Part shown: positions 37,508-47,359 of the stretch, piece by piece | Layout of the letters: the number at the start of each line of letters is the position of its first letter | Numbering within the stretch: the stretch's first letter is position 1 | DNA from: Longimicrobiales bacterium | GTDB taxonomy: Bacteria; Gemmatimonadota; Gemmatimonadetes; Longimicrobiales; Gaopeijiaceae | Direction: 5' to 3' | NCBI GenBank assembly: GCA_963664435.2 | Contig: CAXXKM010000001.1 | Span: 1,504,001 to 1,568,000 of the forward strand | DNA length: 64,000 nucleotides | Program-made: the position numbers and the translations under genes | Notes under the pieces: model-generated | What the model was told of the DNA's origin: nothing | Seen by the model: only the letters and a program-made list of their open reading frames with translations | The model's database searches: none

Positions 37508-39559
37508 CTATGCCAGCGCCGACACTACCCTGTACACCACGAAGGCCGCCGTCCACGCCAGCACGGTCATGTAGCCGAACTGGAGGGCGGGCCACTTCCA
37601 GCTGCCGGTCTCGCGCCGGGTGACGACGTTGGTGGGCAGGCACTGCATCGCCAGCACGAAGAAGACCAGGAGGGCCAGCGCGGTTGCGGTGGTGAATACC
37701 GGACTGCCGTCCGCGTGGCGCTGGGCGCTCAGGGTCGCGCTGAGCGTTTCCTCATCCTCGGCAGCGTCTTCGCCTATCCCGTAGACGATGGCCAGGGTGG
37801 CGACGATCACCTCGCGGGCGGCGAACGACGAGATCACCCCGACGTTGATCTTCCAGTCGAAGCCCAGAGGGGAAAACACGGGCTCAACCGCCTTGCCCAC
37901 GCGGCCCGCGACCGAGTACTCGAGCTCGTACGGCGAAATCAGCGCGCCCACCTCCGCCTCAAGCGCCTCGGCTTCCGCTTCACCTCCGACCCCGACCGCA
38001 GCGGCGCGCAGACCCTCCACCTCGGCGATCGTCGCGGCAGGAACCACCGCGCTCCACTCCGACTCGTCCAGCTTGGGATAGGTCGCGAGCACCCAGAGCA
38101 CCATCGAGATCCCGAGAATGACGGTGCCGGCGCGCGTGACGAACGCCCGTCCACGCTCGTATGCCGTCAGCAAGGCATTGCGCAGCGAGGGCAGCCGGTA
38201 GCGCGGCAGCTCGATCACCAGCGGGCTGGACGCGCCGGGAAGGATGGTGCTCTTGAACACGAAGGCCATCCCGATGGCCGCGGTCATCCCGAGCAGGTAG
38301 GCGCCCGTGAACACCAGGCCGCCCACCACGGGGCGATCGGCGAAGAGGAGCGCGGTGATCATCACGTAAACCGGCATGCGCGCGGTGCAGGTCAGAAGCG
38401 GGATCACCAGGATCGACACCAACCGGTCGCGCCGGTTCTCGATGACCCTCGAGGACATGATGGCCGGGATCGCGCAGGCGTGCGCGGAGAGCATGGGCAC
38501 GAACGCCCGTCCCGGCAGCCCGACGCGGCTCATCGGGCGGTCGGCCACGAACGCCGCGCGGGCCAGATAACCGCTGTCCTCCAAAAGCGTAATCAGGAAA
38601 AAGAGGAAGCAGATCTGCGGCAGAAACACGAGGACGCCGCCGATCCCGCCGATCAGCCCGTTGACGACGAAGCTGTTGAGGTCGCCGGGCGGGAGGATGC
38701 TGGCGAATACATCGCCGGCGAAGCCGAAGCCCGCCTCGATCCAGGTCATCGGATACTGGGCGATCGAGAAGATCGAGATGAAGAGCGCGGCCATGATGAG
38801 CACGAAGCCGGCCACGCCAAAGACCGGATGGGTCAGCCATCCGTCGATGGCTTCGGTGAGGCGCAGCGACATGAGACGCGTGCCGCCCGCCGCCCGCACC
38901 GCGCGCGTGCCGACCTCCTCCGCCCAGTCATAGCGCGCCTCGTGAGGACAGGTCGTGCACGAACCGCACGCCGCGATGCCTTCCGGGAGCGCGGGGATCG
39001 CTCCCGGGCCCGCCTCCAGCACGTAGGCGAGCTCTCGCTTGAGAAGATCGAAGCCTCGTCCCGAGCGCGAACTCACGGCCACGACCGGGGCGCCGAGTTC
39101 GACCGCCAGCGACTCGGTGTCGATCTCGAGCCCGTCCGCCTCGGCCAGGTCGATCATGTTGAGCGCGACGACCATGGGCACGCCCAGCTCGCGGACCTGG
39201 CCGGCCAGGTAGAGGTTGCGGGCGAGATTGGTGGCGTCCACCACGACGATGGCCGCCTGCGGCCGCGGGCGTCCGGGCAGCTTGCCCAGCAGCGCGTCCC
39301 GGGCCCTGCGCTCTTCGACCTTGTGCTCCGACATGGCGTAGAGCCCCGGCAGGTCGAGCAGCTGGATCGATCTGCCGTCCATGTCGAAGCTGCCGAGCCG
39401 TACCGAGGTGGTCGTGCCGGCAAAGTTGGCGGTCTTGCCACGCATCCCGGTGAGCTGGTTGAAGAGCGTGGTCTTCCCGGCATTGGGATTGCCGGCCAGC
39501 GCCACCGTGATCGGAACCGTGGCCCGGGCGGGAACAACGGGCAGGGAAACGGGGCTCAT
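37508..39559 (-). CDS. feoB: Ferrous iron transporter B
   Basis: GNPNAGKT, DLPG, NMID, EDSGYL.RAAF, CTARMPVY, AREV; multiple TM segments. Confidence 0.95.
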   Translation of the reverse strand: MSPVSLPVVPARATVPITVALAGNPNAGKTTLFNQLTGMRGKTANFAGTTTSVRLGSFDMDGRSIQLLDLPGLYAMSEHKVEERRARDALLGKLPGRPRPQAAIVVVDATNLARNLYLAGQVRELGVPMVVALNMIDLAEADGLEIDTESLAVELGAPVVAVSSRSGRGFDLLKRELAYVLEAGPGAIPALPEGIAACGSCTTCPHEARYDWAEEVGTRAVRAAGGTRLMSLRLTEAIDGWLTHPVFGVAGFVLIMAALFISIFSIAQYPMTWIEAGFGFAGDVFASILPPGDLNSFVVNGLIGGIGGVLVFLPQICFLFFLITLLEDSGYLARAAFVADRPMSRVGLPGRAFVPMLSAHACAIPAIMSSRVIENRRDRLVSILVIPLLTCTARMPVYVMITALLFADRPVVGGLVFTGAYLLGMTAAIGMAFVFKSTILPGASSPLVIELPRYRLPSLRNALLTAYERGRAFVTRAGTVILGISMVLWVLATYPKLDESEWSAVVPAATIAEVEGLRAAAVGVGGEAEAEALEAEVGALISPYELEYSVAGRVGKAVEPVFSPLGFDWKINVGVISSFAAREVIVATLAIVYGIGEDAAEDEETLSATLSAQRHADGSPVFTTATALALLVFFVLAMQCLPTNVVTRRETGSWKWPALQFGYMTVLAWTAAFVVYRVVSALA

Positions 39560-39572
39560 GACGTCCCGGCGG

Positions 39573-39845
39573 TCAGTCGGCCCGGTGCCGCTCGTAGCAG
39601 CGGAAGCCTTCGTCGGGCTGGAGAAAGACGTGGCGGGCGAGCCGCCCCGCGATCCCCAGGCGCGTCCCCATGACGCTTACGATCATCGGATCGCCCGACT
39701 TCACCACGTGCAGCCGGCGTCCCAGGCACACGCCCATCGTCTTGAGGCGCTCAATGTCCTCATGATCCCCCTCGATGTCGCAGATCATTCCGCACTCCCC
39801 GGCCGAAAGCCGGTTTGCGCGAAGCCCTCGATCGGATTCCGACAT
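39573..39845 (-). CDS. feoA: Ferrous iron transport protein A
   Basis: L..GE.G.I, RL..MG...G, GDP, R..I...LA; directly upstream of feoB. Confidence 0.88.
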   Translation of the reverse strand: MSESDRGLRANRLSAGECGMICDIEGDHEDIERLKTMGVCLGRRLHVVKSGDPMIVSVMGTRLGIAGRLARHVFLQPDEGFRCYERHRAD

Positions 39846-39926
39846 CTCGTCCGGCTCCACTGGCCGGAGCGAAACATGGGCTGGCGGCACGTGTCCTCGT
39901 GGTCCGGATGGTTGGCAGAGAATCGT

Positions 39927-39943
39927 ATGAGAATCATTCTCAT
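39927..39943. promoter_or_regulatory. Fur-box-like inverted repeat upstream of feoAB
   Basis: Perfect 8-1-8 ATGAGAAT-C-ATTCTCAT, close to the TGATAATnATTATCA 7-1-7 model. Confidence 0.8.
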
Positions 39944-40192
39944 TCGCAGACCGCGAAGAAGCAAGGGGTGGTTGTTCGCCGCAAGCGCCGGGCGCACGAA
40001 TGATGGTTCGGGACTGTGGGCGGTCGAGTGCTCCCTACCGGCCACGGGCGCGGCGATGCGAGTTCGCAATCGCACCGGGAGAACGCGTGTCGCCTGCCGC
40101 ACCGGAGCGCCGTATGTTGCCCCGTTGGAGGTGGAGGCGCACGAAGAACCAGGTTCGGGCGCCATCTTTGGACCTTGAGAGAGGGAATCGAG

Positions 40193-41827
40193 ATGTCAGA
40201 GAATCCAAAGGGCGGGATCGAGCGACGGCGTTTTCTGGGGATGGCCGCGGCCGGGGCTGCCGCCGGGAGCCTTCACCCGGAGATCGTCCTCGGGAATGAG
40301 CGGCATCGGCTGCCGACCGGCGTGCCGCGGACGCTTCAGGAGGCACAGGAGGAGGAGCTGCCCCCCCTCGGGAACGGCGAGCCGCCCGCGGTCCAGTTCC
40401 AGGCGTATCCCGGAGGCACGGGATCGCTGCTCGAGAATCTGTGGAAGGAGTCGGGAGGATCCCCCTTCGAGCGCCACGAGATCGAGATCGGGGCGTGGCC
40501 CGGACCGGCCCCGACGGATCCGCAGGAGATCGCGTTCCTCCCCGCGCATCGGCTGGGCGCGCTCATTCGCGAGCGCAAGATCACGTCCGAGGAGCTCACC
40601 GAGATCTACCTGGACCGGATGAGGCGCCACGATCCGACGCTGCTGTGTGCGGTGAGCATCCTGGAGGACCGGGCCCGCGAGGAGGCGAAGCGCGCCGACG
40701 CCGATCTGCGCGCCGGACGCTGGCGGGGGCCGCTACACGGGGTGCCGTGGGGCGTGAAGGACCTCTTTGCCGTGCGCGGAACCCGCACCACCTGGGGGTC
40801 GGCCGATTTCCAGGATCAGGTGATCGACGAGGACTCGGAGCTGGTTGTGCGTCTGCGCGAGGCGGGCGCCGTCCTGATCGCCAAGCTCGCGACCGGGCAG
40901 TTCGCGTCGGGCGACAACTGGTACCGGGGCGAGACGAAGAACCCCTGGAATCCGGAGCAGGGATCGAGCGGGTCGTCGGCGGGCCCGGGTTCGGCCACGG
41001 CGGCGGGGCTGGTCGGCTTCTCCATCGGCACCGAGACCCAGGGCTCGATCGTGAGCCCGTCGCGGCGCAACGGCCTGAGCGGCCTGCGGCCGACCTTCGG
41101 ACGCATCTCGCGGCACGGCGGCATGGTGCTCTCGTGGACCATGGACAAGCCCGGGCCCATGTGCCGCAGCGTCGAGGACTGCGCGCTGGTGTTCAACGCC
41201 ATCCACGGGGCGGACCCCAAGGATCCCGCGACGCTGACCGCGCCCTTCCGCTTCGAGCGCAACCCCGACCTGTCCCAAATGCGCATCGGCTTTACCGAGG
41301 ATGCGCCTGAAGCCTTCGTCGCGAAGCTGGCGGAACTCGGCGCCGACCCTCAGCCCATGGCGGAACTGCCCGAGGGCGGCTCCAACTCGCTCGGCGTCGA
41401 GTCGTCGGCCGCCTTCGACTTCCATGTGGCGCCCGGAGGCGTGCTGGAGGAGGTCCCCGAGCCGCAGGAGGGAGAGGAAGCCCGCCCGCCCCGGTTCCAT
41501 CGCGGACGTGACATCCTGGCGCTCGACTACGTCCAGTCGCTGAGGCGCCGCCACATCCTGATGAAGGAGATGGTGCAGGCGATGGAGGGCTTCGACATGT
41601 TCGTGACCGGATCCGGGGAGACGCGGCTCACGAACCAGACCGGACATCCGGCGGTAGTGCTGCCCTACGACTTCGGCGACGGCAACACCGAGGACGACTT
41701 CGACCACGAGCAGCCCATCTGCACGACGATCATCGGCGACCTGTTCGCGGACGACAGGATTCTGAGCGTGGCGCACGCCTACCAGTCGGTTACCGACTGG
41801 CACAGGATGCATCCGGATCTGGCGTAG
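40193..41827 (+). CDS. Tat-exported amidase signature family protein
   Basis: ERRRFLG; GPLHGVPWGVKD, SSGSSAG, GTET.GSI.SP. Confidence 0.9.
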   Translation: MSENPKGGIERRRFLGMAAAGAAAGSLHPEIVLGNERHRLPTGVPRTLQEAQEEELPPLGNGEPPAVQFQAYPGGTGSLLENLWKESGGSPFERHEIEIGAWPGPAPTDPQEIAFLPAHRLGALIRERKITSEELTEIYLDRMRRHDPTLLCAVSILEDRAREEAKRADADLRAGRWRGPLHGVPWGVKDLFAVRGTRTTWGSADFQDQVIDEDSELVVRLREAGAVLIAKLATGQFASGDNWYRGETKNPWNPEQGSSGSSAGPGSATAAGLVGFSIGTETQGSIVSPSRRNGLSGLRPTFGRISRHGGMVLSWTMDKPGPMCRSVEDCALVFNAIHGADPKDPATLTAPFRFERNPDLSQMRIGFTEDAPEAFVAKLAELGADPQPMAELPEGGSNSLGVESSAAFDFHVAPGGVLEEVPEPQEGEEARPPRFHRGRDILALDYVQSLRRRHILMKEMVQAMEGFDMFVTGSGETRLTNQTGHPAVVLPYDFGDGNTEDDFDHEQPICTTIIGDLFADDRILSVAHAYQSVTDWHRMHPDLA

Positions 41828-41830
41828 GGA

Positions 41831-42682
41831 TTACCAGCGGCGTCCGAGGGTTCGGGCGCGAGTCCCCCAAACGGACCGGCTGGCGAGCCCGAGCAGCTTG
41901 CGGGTAATGAGTTCGCCGTCGAGGCGGATGCCGTTCAGGATCGCGGCCGCCTCGGCGAGGGAGAGCGCTTCTTCGCCTTCCGGGCCGACGACGGTCTCCT
42001 CCTCGCCGAGCATGCCGGGAGGCGCCATGATCTCGCCGGACTCGCCTTCCGCCCGGGTGTCGTCCCCCGTCAACTCGGCGTCCGAGAAGGCCTCGCCCGC
42101 CTGTACGCCGCGGCGGCCGCCGGTGTCGAGCGAATCGAGCATGCGGCGGGCGAAGGCGAGGTTCCAGGCCGCCTCCTCGCGGCCGGGGCTCAGGCGCAGG
42201 GCGTTGCGATTCTCCTCCATGGCGGCCACGACGTGGACCAGGGCGGAGTCGGACCCTGGCGCGGCGATGGCGGCGCGCAGGCTGGCCACGCCCAGGTTGT
42301 ACCAGGCGAGCGAGCGAAGTTCGTCGTCGGGACCCGCTGCGCCGCGGGAGAGGCGAACGCGGGCGTCGGATCCCTCCGCCAGTTCGAGCAGGGTGGTGCC
42401 CAGGTTGTAGTGGAGATGCGGGGCAGGAGGGGTCACCGCTGGTGCCGGCCGGGCGTCGGGAGCCGGGTCCTCCGGCACGGCGGGCGACTCGGCGTCCCGC
42501 TCGCCCGTAGCCAGCGGGACTTCTGCCTGAAGGCGCGCGCGATAGATGCGGGCGGCCGAACTCCAGTCGCCGCGGCGGTGCAGGCGGTTGGCGCGCTCCT
42601 CGCTTGCGCGCTCGGCGAAGACGACCGTGGCGAGGGCTGCGGCCAGGACGGCCGCGAGCGCCAGGCGGGTGCGGGTGGTCAT
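41831..42682 (-). CDS. TPR protein (BatC-like)
   Basis: HYNLG, AWYNLG, ALRL.P..EEA.WNL; ATGA-coupled; C-terminal W. Confidence 0.75.
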   Translation of the reverse strand: MTTRTRLALAAVLAAALATVVFAERASEERANRLHRRGDWSSAARIYRARLQAEVPLATGERDAESPAVPEDPAPDARPAPAVTPPAPHLHYNLGTTLLELAEGSDARVRLSRGAAGPDDELRSLAWYNLGVASLRAAIAAPGSDSALVHVVAAMEENRNALRLSPGREEAAWNLAFARRMLDSLDTGGRRGVQAGEAFSDAELTGDDTRAEGESGEIMAPPGMLGEEETVVGPEGEEALSLAEAAAILNGIRLDGELITRKLLGLASRSVWGTRARTLGRRW

Positions 42683-43881
42683 GGGCCGGCCTCGGGGGAC
42701 TGCACGCGGGAACCCGAAGGCCGTGATGATCGGTCCGGGGCGGCAAGCCTGCGTAGCAGGTGCCACCACGACCCGATCACCGATCCGCCGAGCACCCGTC
42801 CAGCTTCAAGGTCATTGAGAACCGGCCGCCAAGGCGGGCGCCACCAGCGCGAGGATGGCTTCGCATCGGACGACGGTCGCAGACGGGCCGTGCCCGGGCG
42901 GTCCATCAGGCCGTCGGCGGCCACGAGCAGGAGCGCCAGGAGGATCAGCCAGGTCGCCGGGTCGCCTGGGCCGCCGCCTTCCTCCCCGTCCTCGGGGACC
43001 CTGCGGAAGCGGGCGGCGAGTTGGGCCAGGCCGCGGTCGTCGGATGCGTCCAGGTAGCCGCCCCCGCCAGCGCGGGCGACACCCCGCAGCAGCCGTTCAT
43101 TGAGCCGCGAGACCACTGGTGCGCCGCCTGCGTCCGTGACCTGAGCGCCCGCGCCGTCCCCCCCCAGCCCCGCCCCCTCCGCCGTGCCGATCCCCGCAAC
43201 CCAGATGCCAACGTCCCCGGCGGCCGCGATGGCCGCGCTGTCCGCCACGGCGAACTCGTCCTCGTGCGCCTCGCCATCGGTCACCAGAAGGATGACGCGC
43301 TCCCTCCCCTCCTCCCGGCGCGCGTCGAGCTGCCGGCGCGCCTCGCCGATGGCAGCGCTCACGCGGGTGCCCTGGTCGCGCTCGCCCAGGAAGTTCTCCG
43401 ACAGCGAGTCGGCGAAGAAGCGCACCACCTGCTGGTCGTCGGTAATCGGGGCGAGCGTGTGGGGCCAGTCGGCGAACACCACCAGGCCGACACGCTCGCC
43501 CGGCAGCGCCTCCAGGAGCGCCCCGATCGCTTCCCTGGCACGCGCCATCCGCCCGCCCGGCACGTCTTGCGCCGCCATCGAGGCGGAAATGTCCAGCGCA
43601 ACCACCACGTCGACCGGACGCGAGGCGTTCAGGCCGATCCCCGGCCCGAAGCGCACCCCGGCGGCCGCGAGGACCATCACGGTCACCGCCAGGCCGAGGA
43701 TCCGGAGCCGCCGCCGGGGGAAGTCCATCAGTTCGCGGGTGGTCAGGCGCCCGGCCGCCTCCTCGCCCCCGAACCCTTCCGCGAGCCGGCGCAGCCGCCG
43801 GGTACTGCGGGCCAGCGCAAACGCGATCAGGCCGAGCGCGACCGGAAGAAGGAGCAGGAGGATGGGACGCGCAAACGTCAT
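42679..43881 (-). CDS. VWA-domain membrane protein (BatB-like)
   Basis: MTFARP..L; MIDAS DISAS; RVGLVVFA, QGT, LVTDGE.H, GIGT..G. Confidence 0.9.
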   Translation of the reverse strand: MTFARPILLLLLPVALGLIAFALARSTRRLRRLAEGFGGEEAAGRLTTRELMDFPRRRLRILGLAVTVMVLAAAGVRFGPGIGLNASRPVDVVVALDISASMAAQDVPGGRMARAREAIGALLEALPGERVGLVVFADWPHTLAPITDDQQVVRFFADSLSENFLGERDQGTRVSAAIGEARRQLDARREEGRERVILLVTDGEAHEDEFAVADSAAIAAAGDVGIWVAGIGTAEGAGLGGDGAGAQVTDAGGAPVVSRLNERLLRGVARAGGGGYLDASDDRGLAQLAARFRRVPEDGEEGGGPGDPATWLILLALLLVAADGLMDRPGTARLRPSSDAKPSSRWWRPPWRPVLNDLEAGRVLGGSVIGSWWHLLRRLAAPDRSSRPSGSRVQSPEAGP

Positions 43882-43997
43882 GGCGCCCTCCCCGCCCCGC
43901 CGGGCACTTCCGCCCGCCCGTGCCCGGCGCCCGCGACCGGCCCGGGCGACGCAGCGCGCACCCTCGCCAGGGCCCCGAACCGCTCCGCGCCCCTCAC
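43878..43997 (-). other. Bridging mini-ORF (39 aa) between the two VWA genes
   Basis: GTGA overlap with stop 43994 and ATGA overlap with start 43881; no internal stop. Confidence 0.4.
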
Positions 43998-44971
43998 GGC
44001 AGCACCGCCCAGCGTGATGCGCGCACCCCGACCGCCCCCATCAGCATCGCCAGCGCCCCGGCGACCAGCCAGAAACGGAGGGGCACCAGGGCGGTGGTGA
44101 GCCGCGTCTCCCGCGACGTCGTCTCGAGGCGGTCGATCTCCGCGTAGATCGAGTCGAGGGCAGCCACGTCCGCTGCCGAGAAGTAGCGCCCGCCCGTGAT
44201 GCGCGCGGCCTGGGTGAGCACGGTCTCCATGCGCTGGAGCCGGGTCGGCGCGCTGGCGCCCCCAGCTCCGTCAGCCGGGTCGGGCGGGTCGGGCCGGCCG
44301 ATCGCGACCGGGTAGACGCGCACGCCCACGGCCGCGGCCGCGCGCGCGGCCGTGGCAGGCACCAGCCCGTCGCGGTTGTGCGCGCCGTCGGTGACCAGGA
44401 CCAGCACCTTCGAGTCGTGGGGGGCCGCCTCCAGCAGCGCCGCGCCGGCCCCGATCGCGCCCGCGATGTCGGTGCCGTCGATGAGCAGCCCCACCTCCAT
44501 CCCGTCGATGGCGTGGTCCACCAGGTAGTGGTCGCGGGTGAGGGGCAGCCGGGTGAGCGCCTCGCCTGCGAAGGTGACCAGGCCGACCGCGTCGTGGCGG
44601 CCCGCCACGAAGCGCCTGGCCGCGGCCTTGGCGGCCTCCAGGCGGGTGGGTGATCCCTCCATGTCGTCGGCCCACATCGACGTGGACAGGTCCACCGCCA
44701 CCACGATCCCCGTCCCGCCCTCCACCGGCTCCTCGTGGGCGCGCATCAGACGCGGGTGCGCGAGCGCGACGATCAGGCAAGCCAGCGCGGCGGCGCGCAG
44801 TGCGCGCGGGAGCGCATCCACCACTGCCCAGAGCCAGCTCCCCCGCAGCCGCACCGACCCCGCCGATGCCAGAAGCAGGCCGGAGGCGCGCCGCGGCCGG
44901 ATCCACCACAGCCAGAGGGGCACCACCGCGAGGAGAACCAACCACTCCGGGTGGGCCAGCTGGACGCTCAC
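43994..44971 (-). CDS. VWA-domain membrane protein (BatA-like)
   Basis: LA.P.L, MIDAS DLSTS, PLT.DH, GTDI, LVTDG..N, TGGRYF.A, IY.EID.LE. Confidence 0.9.
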   Translation of the reverse strand: MSVQLAHPEWLVLLAVVPLWLWWIRPRRASGLLLASAGSVRLRGSWLWAVVDALPRALRAAALACLIVALAHPRLMRAHEEPVEGGTGIVVAVDLSTSMWADDMEGSPTRLEAAKAAARRFVAGRHDAVGLVTFAGEALTRLPLTRDHYLVDHAIDGMEVGLLIDGTDIAGAIGAGAALLEAAPHDSKVLVLVTDGAHNRDGLVPATAARAAAAVGVRVYPVAIGRPDPPDPADGAGGASAPTRLQRMETVLTQAARITGGRYFSAADVAALDSIYAEIDRLETTSRETRLTTALVPLRFWLVAGALAMLMGAVGVRASRWAVLP

Positions 44972-46293
44972 CGGGAGCCTCCGGAAGAGCCGGCGTCGCC
45001 GGGCATGTCGTCGCCGGACTCTTCAGTCGGGCCGTCGCGGTCCCGGTCGATCTCAGCCGCCGTCGAGACGAACGCCGGCGCCTGCCCCGAGGCGTTCACC
45101 CATGCCCGCATCGCCTCCCAGTCACGCTCGGCCGCGGCACCTCCCTGCTCGCGGGCTGCGGCTGCGGACGGGCCGGCGAGTGGGGCGAACTTCGCCACCT
45201 CCCCCCGCCCCATCGCGCGGGCCAGATCGCCCGGGTCGGGCCAGCCGGGCGCTACGGACAGGTCGCGCATCAGCTCCGTGCTCGTCCGGCTGCAGCTCCA
45301 TGCGGGGTCGAAGCGCGCCAGGTACCCGCGTATTACATCCCCCGCGTCCTCATAGAAGTCGCGCAGCCGTCCCGCCCGGTGGTGGCCGCCCGCGAGCACG
45401 CGGTCGAGTTCGGCGAGCGCCCGTTCTCTCCACTCTGCCGGCGTCTCCGGCGGGGCCTCAACCTGAACCGCTGCCGGCGCGCGCGCCGCCAGCCACTCCC
45501 GCGCCTGCACCGTCACCACGCCGAGCAGCAGCAGGGACAGGAGCGAGGCGCCCAACACGGCCGGGACGTTCCAGCTGAAACCCACCACGTCGGCCGGCGG
45601 GCTCGGCTGCAGGCCGCGCGCGATGTCGTCGAGCAGGATGGGCGAGGTCACGAAGACCCGCCGCCCGGCGATCACCAGCCGGTCCCGGGGACGCGCGTCC
45701 GGGCCCGGCCGCAGCCCGGCATCAGCACCGATCCGTTCTCCGGTCCGACTCCCGTTCCGCGTATTTTGTGTATTTTGTGTATTTTGTGTAATTGCGGCCC
45801 CGACCGGGTCCGTGGTCGCCCCTGGAACGTCCTCCACGCGAACCCGACCTTCTCCCTCCTCCGCCTCCCCGCTGCTCATCTCCAGCTGAGGAGTCGCCGC
45901 GAGCCCGATCTCGAAGGGAATCAGATCGTATTCGAGCGAGACCTGAAGGGACCCGTCTCCCACTTCGACCACATCGGTCCGCACGCGCCGCAGGCTTTCC
46001 ACGCCCCACTCCGGAAGAAGCGTCGCGGGCACGCGCAGCTCCCGTCCGGGACCCACGTAGACGGTCGCATGGAGGGTGAAGGGATCTCCCAGCTCCACGG
46101 TGTCGGGGGACACGCGCACCGCCTGAACCGCCGCCCGCTCCTGCAGGCCGAGTGCATCCGTCGCGAACATTCCCATGGACGCGATCACGGTCAGCCCACC
46201 GACCCAAACCTTCATCCCAGCGCCGGCGCCCGCCGATCGACACCCTGACAACGCGGCCCCTCCGTGCCGTGCCCGTTTGTCCCAGGCCTTCAT
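44968..46293 (-). CDS. Bat-operon accessory membrane protein (BatD/DUF4381-like)
   Basis: V.LGDPF.L N-domain, single TM, FY.....IR.YL, TSTEL, VAKFA. Alternative start MKVW about 78 nt inside. Confidence 0.7.
   Translation of the reverse strand: MKAWDKRARHGGAALSGCRSAGAGAGMKVWVGGLTVIASMGMFATDALGLQERAAVQAVRVSPDTVELGDPFTLHATVYVGPGRELRVPATLLPEWGVESLRRVRTDVVEVGDGSLQVSLEYDLIPFEIGLAATPQLEMSSGEAEEGEGRVRVEDVPGATTDPVGAAITQNTQNTQNTRNGSRTGERIGADAGLRPGPDARPRDRLVIAGRRVFVTSPILLDDIARGLQPSPPADVVGFSWNVPAVLGASLLSLLLLGVVTVQAREWLAARAPAAVQVEAPPETPAEWRERALAELDRVLAGGHHRAGRLRDFYEDAGDVIRGYLARFDPAWSCSRTSTELMRDLSVAPGWPDPGDLARAMGRGEVAKFAPLAGPSAAAAREQGGAAAERDWEAMRAWVNASGQAPAFVSTAAEIDRDRDGPTEESGDDMPGDAGSSGGSR
45761..45787. 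repeat. AT-rich 9-nt perfect tandem repeat x3 inside a CDS
   Basis: gtattttgt x3, encoding TQN-TQN-TQN on the minus strand. Confidence 0.9.
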
Positions 46294-47234
46294 CGAAACG
46301 CCCGCCCCCGTCGCCGCCCGGGCGTCCGCTCGCGCGCCCGGAAGAACTCCGCCAGCACGGGCACGTAATCCTCATCGGACCCTACCTCCACGACCTCCAG
46401 TCCCAGCTCGCGAAAGAGCCGGGTCAGTCGTTCCCGCGCCTCGCCGGCCTGCCGCGCATAGGCGCCGCGCACCCCTGCCCGCCCGGTATCGACGATGCGG
46501 CGCTCCCCCGACTCCGGGTCCACCACCCGCACCAGACCCACATCCGGGAGCCCCATCTGCCCGGGATCGTTCAGACGGATCGGCACCAGGTCGTGCTGGA
46601 AGCTGAAGCGGCTCGCGATGCGCGCCAGGCGAAGATCGGCCTCGAAATCGACCAGGAAGTCGCTGATGAGGAAGACCGCCGCCCGTCGCCGCAGCACCTT
46701 CGCCAGGAACTCCAGCCCGGACGAGAGCTTCGTGCGCCGGCCCGCGGGCTTGAGCGAGAGCAACTCGAAGATCAGCCGCAGGGCGTGGCGGCGGCCCGTG
46801 TCGGGAGGGATGAAGAGCTCCGTGTGGTCGCTGACCACCAGCAGCCCGACGTGGTCGTTGTTGCGCGCGGCCGAGAGGGCCAGGATGCAGGCGATCTCGC
46901 TCGCGATGCGGGCGTTGGACGCGACCCCGGTGCCGAAATCCTGCGATCCCGACAGATCCACCATGAGGATGGCGGTGAGCTCGCGCTCCTCCTCGTGCTG
47001 CTTGATGAAGAAGCGGCCCCGGCGCGCGGTCACGTTCCAGTCGATGGAGCGGATGTCGTCGCCCGGCTGGTACTCGCGCACCTCCGAGAACTCGAGGCCG
47101 CGGCCCTTGAACACCGAGCGGTACTCGCCGCTGAAGAGCGACTCCACCAGCCCGCGGGTACGCAGTTCGATCTGCTTCACACGGGCGGCGAAAACCCGGG
47201 GATGCTCGCGCGCGATGGATTGTCTTGCGGGCAC
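46290..47234 (-). CDS. DUF58-family protein
   Basis: GEYRSVFKGRGLEFSEVREYQPGDDIR.IDWNVTAR, EEREL, ISDF; SD GGAGG + GTG. Confidence 0.93.
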   Translation of the reverse strand: MPARQSIAREHPRVFAARVKQIELRTRGLVESLFSGEYRSVFKGRGLEFSEVREYQPGDDIRSIDWNVTARRGRFFIKQHEEERELTAILMVDLSGSQDFGTGVASNARIASEIACILALSAARNNDHVGLLVVSDHTELFIPPDTGRRHALRLIFELLSLKPAGRRTKLSSGLEFLAKVLRRRAAVFLISDFLVDFEADLRLARIASRFSFQHDLVPIRLNDPGQMGLPDVGLVRVVDPESGERRIVDTGRAGVRGAYARQAGEARERLTRLFRELGLEVVEVGSDEDYVPVLAEFFRARERTPGRRRGRAFR

Positions 47235-47359
47235 GGCGGCCTCCGACGGCTACCCGGAGCGGAGAGGCCCGGTCGCGCGGATGGAGCCTGTCGCACCGCG
47301 GAACGCCCTCGGCCGCGAGGACCCCGCCAGCCGCGAGCCGGGACCCGGTGCGCCTCTCC

